DNA of 64,000 nucleotides from Escherichia coli (GTDB lineage Bacteria; Pseudomonadota; Gammaproteobacteria; Enterobacterales; Enterobacteriaceae): NCBI RefSeq assembly GCF_024223415.1, contig NZ_CP100500.1; one strand, 5' to 3'. Shown piece by piece: positions 60,355 to 64,000 of this stretch (position 1 is its first letter; each line of letters starts with the position of its first letter). The notes under the pieces were generated by a model. It saw only the letters and a program-made list of their open reading frames with translations, ran no database searches and was not told where the DNA came from. The position numbers and the translations under genes were made by a program.

Positions 60355-60364
60355 GCTCAGTTCC

Positions 60365-60622
60365 TTATATTATTTCTATGGTAGCCAGTACCTGACCAGG
60401 TTCCACTTCCTCCCCATTCTCCACCTTAAACTGGATATTAGTCCCGGTTGTTTCAGCATGAATTTCGTTAAACTGCTTCATTATTTCAATCAACCCAATG
60501 ACGGTACTCTCCTGAACAGTGTCACCATTCTCCAGAAACGGGGCACTATCAGGTGCTGGTTTCCGATAAAATACACCAGGTAAAGGTGAAAGAATTTCTG
60601 TAACAGCCATAACATCCTCCAT
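60365..60622 (-). CDS. Biotinyl carrier domain protein (BCCP-like, 85 aa)
   Basis: Biotinylation motif EIMKQ within lipoyl/biotinyl fold. Confidence 0.7.
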   Translation of the reverse strand: MEDVMAVTEILSPLPGVFYRKPAPDSAPFLENGDTVQESTVIGLIEIMKQFNEIHAETTGTNIQFKVENGEEVEPGQVLATIEII

Positions 60623-60627
60623 GTATA

Positions 60628-61389
60628 TCAGTTTTGAGAATTTACACTTATGTCTGCCTCACGTAAGGCTTTATTTATTGCAATCAGAAGAGATAAGGCA
60701 CCGGGCGTATCACTATGGACACAGACAGAAGAGAAATGAATGTCAATATCCTGATCTTCTACAGTACGAACTTTTCCCTCCAGACAGGCACGCAGCACTT
60801 TTTTTGCGACATCATCAGGATTAAGAGGTTCAGTTCTCCGTATAAATACAATGGAACCGCTTTGATCATAATCCCTGTCGGCATAAAACTCACAAATAAC
60901 AGGATGTCCGATTTGCGTCGCTTCTTTCCAGATGGCACTACCATACATGCAATATATTCTCAATTCAGGCGCATAACTATGAAGCGTTGAGACAAAATGC
61001 TTTGCAGCATCCCGATCATGAGCAAGATGCATATACAACGCGCCATGAGGCTTAACATGGTTTACAGGCACATTGTGTAATGTGGCAAATTCACGCAAGG
61101 CCCCCAGCTGATAAATCATGTCATTGGTGATTTCCTCTGCGGTGCAGTGAATATGACGCCGGCCAAAACCAGCCAGATCACGATAACCGGGATGAGCACC
61201 GACAGACACACCACTGTCACGGGCGCTGATTATTGTACGGTGCATAATCCCCGGATCACCTGCATGAAAACCTGTCGCTATATTCGCTGAGGAGATGTAT
61301 GGCATAATATCAATATCCCGGATATCTCCGAGAGTCCATGCTCCAAAGCTTTCCCCCATATCAGAGCTGATATCAATACTGCGAAGCAT
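60628..61389 (-). CDS. LamB/YcsF-family protein (PxpA-like)
   Basis: 253 aa from ATG 61389; first gene of operon. Confidence 0.65.
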   Translation of the reverse strand: MLRSIDISSDMGESFGAWTLGDIRDIDIMPYISSANIATGFHAGDPGIMHRTIISARDSGVSVGAHPGYRDLAGFGRRHIHCTAEEITNDMIYQLGALREFATLHNVPVNHVKPHGALYMHLAHDRDAAKHFVSTLHSYAPELRIYCMYGSAIWKEATQIGHPVICEFYADRDYDQSGSIVFIRRTEPLNPDDVAKKVLRACLEGKVRTVEDQDIDIHFSSVCVHSDTPGALSLLIAINKALREADISVNSQN

Positions 61390-61531
61390 TAAAACCTCCG
61401 TCTGACAAATACGGTAACAGTATGTCATGTAGCACATTTGTTTCTTTATTGTAAATTATTATTTTTCTATGGTAATATATTAAATTTATTTATAATTACT
61501 GTTGCAAAAATATCTTTATCAGGAAAATTTG

Positions 61532-62467
61532 ATGAACATCACACTCAGACAGATAAAATATTTCGTATCAACAGCGGAGTCCGGATCGTTATCAACTGCA
61601 GCCAAATCACTCAATATTTCACAGTCTGCGATAACAACAGCAATTCAGGGGCTTGAAAGGGACATCGGTTATAAATTACTGATTCGCTCAAAATCTGGCG
61701 TTGATTTAACAGATGAGGGAAGACTGTTCTTATACAATGCCTACAATATTATCCGGACATATGATGAGGCAATAAATACAGTGCATGTTCAGAAGCCTTT
61801 GCATGGAACAGTTTCCATTGCGGCGACTTATACAATAATGGGATATTTTTTACCTGTTCATCTGAAACAATTTTCAAGAATTTATCCACATATAAAGCTG
61901 GAGCTTTTTGAAAATCAAAGAAGCATTATTGAAACCGGACTTCTCAGCGGAAAATATGATATTGGGATTGTAATCAATGATAATCTGACATGTCCCGATA
62001 TTGTATCAGAAACACTGTTACGGTCGGAGCGCCGTATATGGTTACCATCCGGCCACCCTCTGCTGGAAAAAGAAATTCTCTCCCTGAATGATATTGTCTC
62101 AGAGCCTTTTATTATCCTTGATGTGGATGAAGCATGGGAAACAGCAAAACGTTACTGGAATACGGCCAGTACCATGCCAGATGTAATTTTACATACGCAT
62201 TCTATTGAAGCTGTACGAAGTATGGTTGCGAATGATATGGGTATAACCATTCTTTCTGACATGGTTTATCGCCCATGGTCGCTTGAAGGGAAACGTATAG
62301 AAACACGCGCATTATCTAAATCAGAAGTTTTCCCAATGAGTATTGGCCTGGCATGGCGTAATAATGTTGAGTTTACGCCTGCAATGCAGGCTTTCATCAA
62401 TTATTTCAGAAAGATTTTTATGTGTTCTCCCGGTTATCAAAACCGGAATGTTGACCACTTTATCTGA
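61532..62467 (+). CDS. LysR-type transcriptional regulator
   Basis: N-terminal HTH MNITLRQIKYFVSTAESGSLSTAAKSLNISQSAITTAIQGLE; divergent from carboxylase operon. Confidence 0.8.
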   Translation: MNITLRQIKYFVSTAESGSLSTAAKSLNISQSAITTAIQGLERDIGYKLLIRSKSGVDLTDEGRLFLYNAYNIIRTYDEAINTVHVQKPLHGTVSIAATYTIMGYFLPVHLKQFSRIYPHIKLELFENQRSIIETGLLSGKYDIGIVINDNLTCPDIVSETLLRSERRIWLPSGHPLLEKEILSLNDIVSEPFIILDVDEAWETAKRYWNTASTMPDVILHTHSIEAVRSMVANDMGITILSDMVYRPWSLEGKRIETRALSKSEVFPMSIGLAWRNNVEFTPAMQAFINYFRKIFMCSPGYQNRNVDHFI

Positions 62468-62608
62468 TGTGTTAAAGACATCACTTTATTATTACCACTA
62501 TAGCTGAACTCATTGAAGATGATTAACTACTGTCTGCTCAGAGAAACGATGTAAAGTGAAATGTGAATACTCCTGACCAGAGTGTTGTTCCCTCTGTTAC
62601 CAGCCACC

Positions 62609-64000
62609 TCAGACCTTTACCAGCACCTGAGGGCAGTGATGGCGCAAACAGGTCAGAAGCGTGGCGAAAGCCTCTTCCATCTGCGCTTCCGGCAGACTCG
62701 CAAATCCCATCAACAGTCCTCTTTTACGCTGTGCTGTCAGGTAGTAAAGCGACAGCGGACGCACCAGTATATTTTGTGCATTGGCGCTGGCCGCAACCGC
62801 AACATCATCAACATCGTCCGGTAAATTTAATATCAGATGCAGCCCGGCATTATCGCTGAAATCTGACAGTGCCTGTGTTCCACAGTGACGTTCAATCAGT
62901 TCACCAAGAAAGGCGCGACGGCGACTGTACAGTAACCGCATACGGCGAATATGAGCAGAATAATGCCCTCCGTTGATAAACTCAGCCAGTGCCATCTGGA
63001 TCAGTGTATGCCCGCCACGATAAAGCTCAGCATGGGCACGTTTTAAAGCCTCTTTCAGCGGGCGCGGTAATACCAGATAACCCAGCCTCAGTCCGGGATA
63101 CACTGTCTTGCTGAAAGTACCAATATACACCACTGGTGCATCGTCAATAAGCCCCTGTAGTGCCGGAACTGGTTGACCGGAAAAGCGAAATTCACTGTCA
63201 TAATCATCTTCCACAATCCAGCTTCCATGCTGTCTGGCAAGGGCCAGCAAGCGTTGCCGTCGCTCAAGACTCATCACCACGCCCAGAGGGTATTGATGGG
63301 ATGGCGTGACGAAAATCAGCCTGGGAGGTGGCATCAGGCGTTCGGGAGGTACCAGACCACTGGCATCAACGGCAACAGGGGTGATCTGCACAGCATTCAT
63401 TGCCAGTACATGGCGTATTCCCCAGTAAGACGGCTCTTCCACCCATGCCATATCACCGGCATCTGCCAGCATGCGTGCAACAAGATCGATCGCCTGATGG
63501 ATACCTTCGGTGATAAGTATCTGATCAGCCTGACAGCGTACGCCACGCGCAATCCGTAAATAATCAACCAGTGCATGCTGTAATTCCGGTGTCCCTCCGG
63601 TACAGCTATAGCTCAGCCGCTCCGGCTCAGGACGGCGACTGATACGCGCCTGAATCCTGCTGAACAGGGGGTGGGGAAAGGCACTGACATCCGGGACGCC
63701 GGGAATAAATGCCCCCCACTGGCACGGACTGGCGCTGACATGCCGGAGCAGATAATCCCCGCGGTGAGAAACAGCAGAACTCAGCCTGGCATCTTCACTT
63801 TTTTCCGTGTTACTGAACGCCATTAAGAAGGTATCAGGAGCCGTCTGTGCGACGAATGTTCCGCTTCCACGACGTGATACCACATATCCTTCCGCCTGTA
63901 ATTGTTCATAAGTTGTTAATACTGTGTTTCTTGAGATTCCAAGTTCAACTGCAAGTTCCCTGGAGGCAGGGAGACGGCTGTGCGGCGGTAAAGAGCCATC
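62609..64000 (-). CDS. MocR/GntR-family PLP-dependent regulator, N-terminus at or beyond window edge
   Basis: Aminotransferase-like domain with TFSKTVYPGLRLGY; frame continues to window end encoding HTH ...LAVELGISRNTVLTTYEQLQAEGYVVSRRGSGTFV. Confidence 0.65.
   Translation of the reverse strand, partial: DGSLPPHSRLPASRELAVELGISRNTVLTTYEQLQAEGYVVSRRGSGTFVAQTAPDTFLMAFSNTEKSEDARLSSAVSHRGDYLLRHVSASPCQWGAFIPGVPDVSAFPHPLFSRIQARISRRPEPERLSYSCTGGTPELQHALVDYLRIARGVRCQADQILITEGIHQAIDLVARMLADAGDMAWVEEPSYWGIRHVLAMNAVQITPVAVDASGLVPPERLMPPPRLIFVTPSHQYPLGVVMSLERRQRLLALARQHGSWIVEDDYDSEFRFSGQPVPALQGLIDDAPVVYIGTFSKTVYPGLRLGYLVLPRPLKEALKRAHAELYRGGHTLIQMALAEFINGGHYSAHIRRMRLLYSRRRAFLGELIERHCGTQALSDFSDNAGLHLILNLPDDVDDVAVAASANAQNILVRPLSLYYLTAQRKRGLLMGFASLPEAQMEEAFATLLTCLRHHCPQVLVKV

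Overview
Enterobacterial (Escherichia coli-like) chromosome segment made of five blocks. (1) 1-18.9 kb: right arm of a P2-like myovirus prophage (scaffold, capsid, small terminase, head completion, lysis cassette, baseplate, tail fibre, sheath/tube/tape measure, gpD, Ogr), cut at the left window edge; the sheath-tube-chaperone-tape measure-U block is on the opposite strand to the other late genes. (2) 18.98-22.2 kb: a non-coding-looking junction built from repeated modules that all end in the same intrinsic terminator; it holds two Hok-family type I toxin loci (one intact, one decayed) and three to four copies each of two candidate small-RNA units. (3) 22.6-37.6 kb: conserved core serS-rarA-lolA-ftsK-lrp / trxB-cydD-cydC-aat-infA-tRNA-Ser(GGA). 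(4) 37.7-51 kb: an integrase-less CP4-44-like island abutting the tRNA, carrying cbtA toxin with an amber-interrupted cbeA antitoxin, an orphan 218-aa Cys/His-rich gene, and antigen 43 whose start codon is separated from its ribosome-binding site and Dam/OxyR switch by an IS66-family insertion. (5) 52.4-64 kb: an AfuABC-like ABC transporter, then a LysR-controlled operon combining LamB/YcsF, KipI, KipA, biotin carboxylase, a stand-alone biotinyl carrier and a membrane protein, and a partial MocR-type regulator. All calls rest on reading the ORF translations and DNA by eye; no database search was run.
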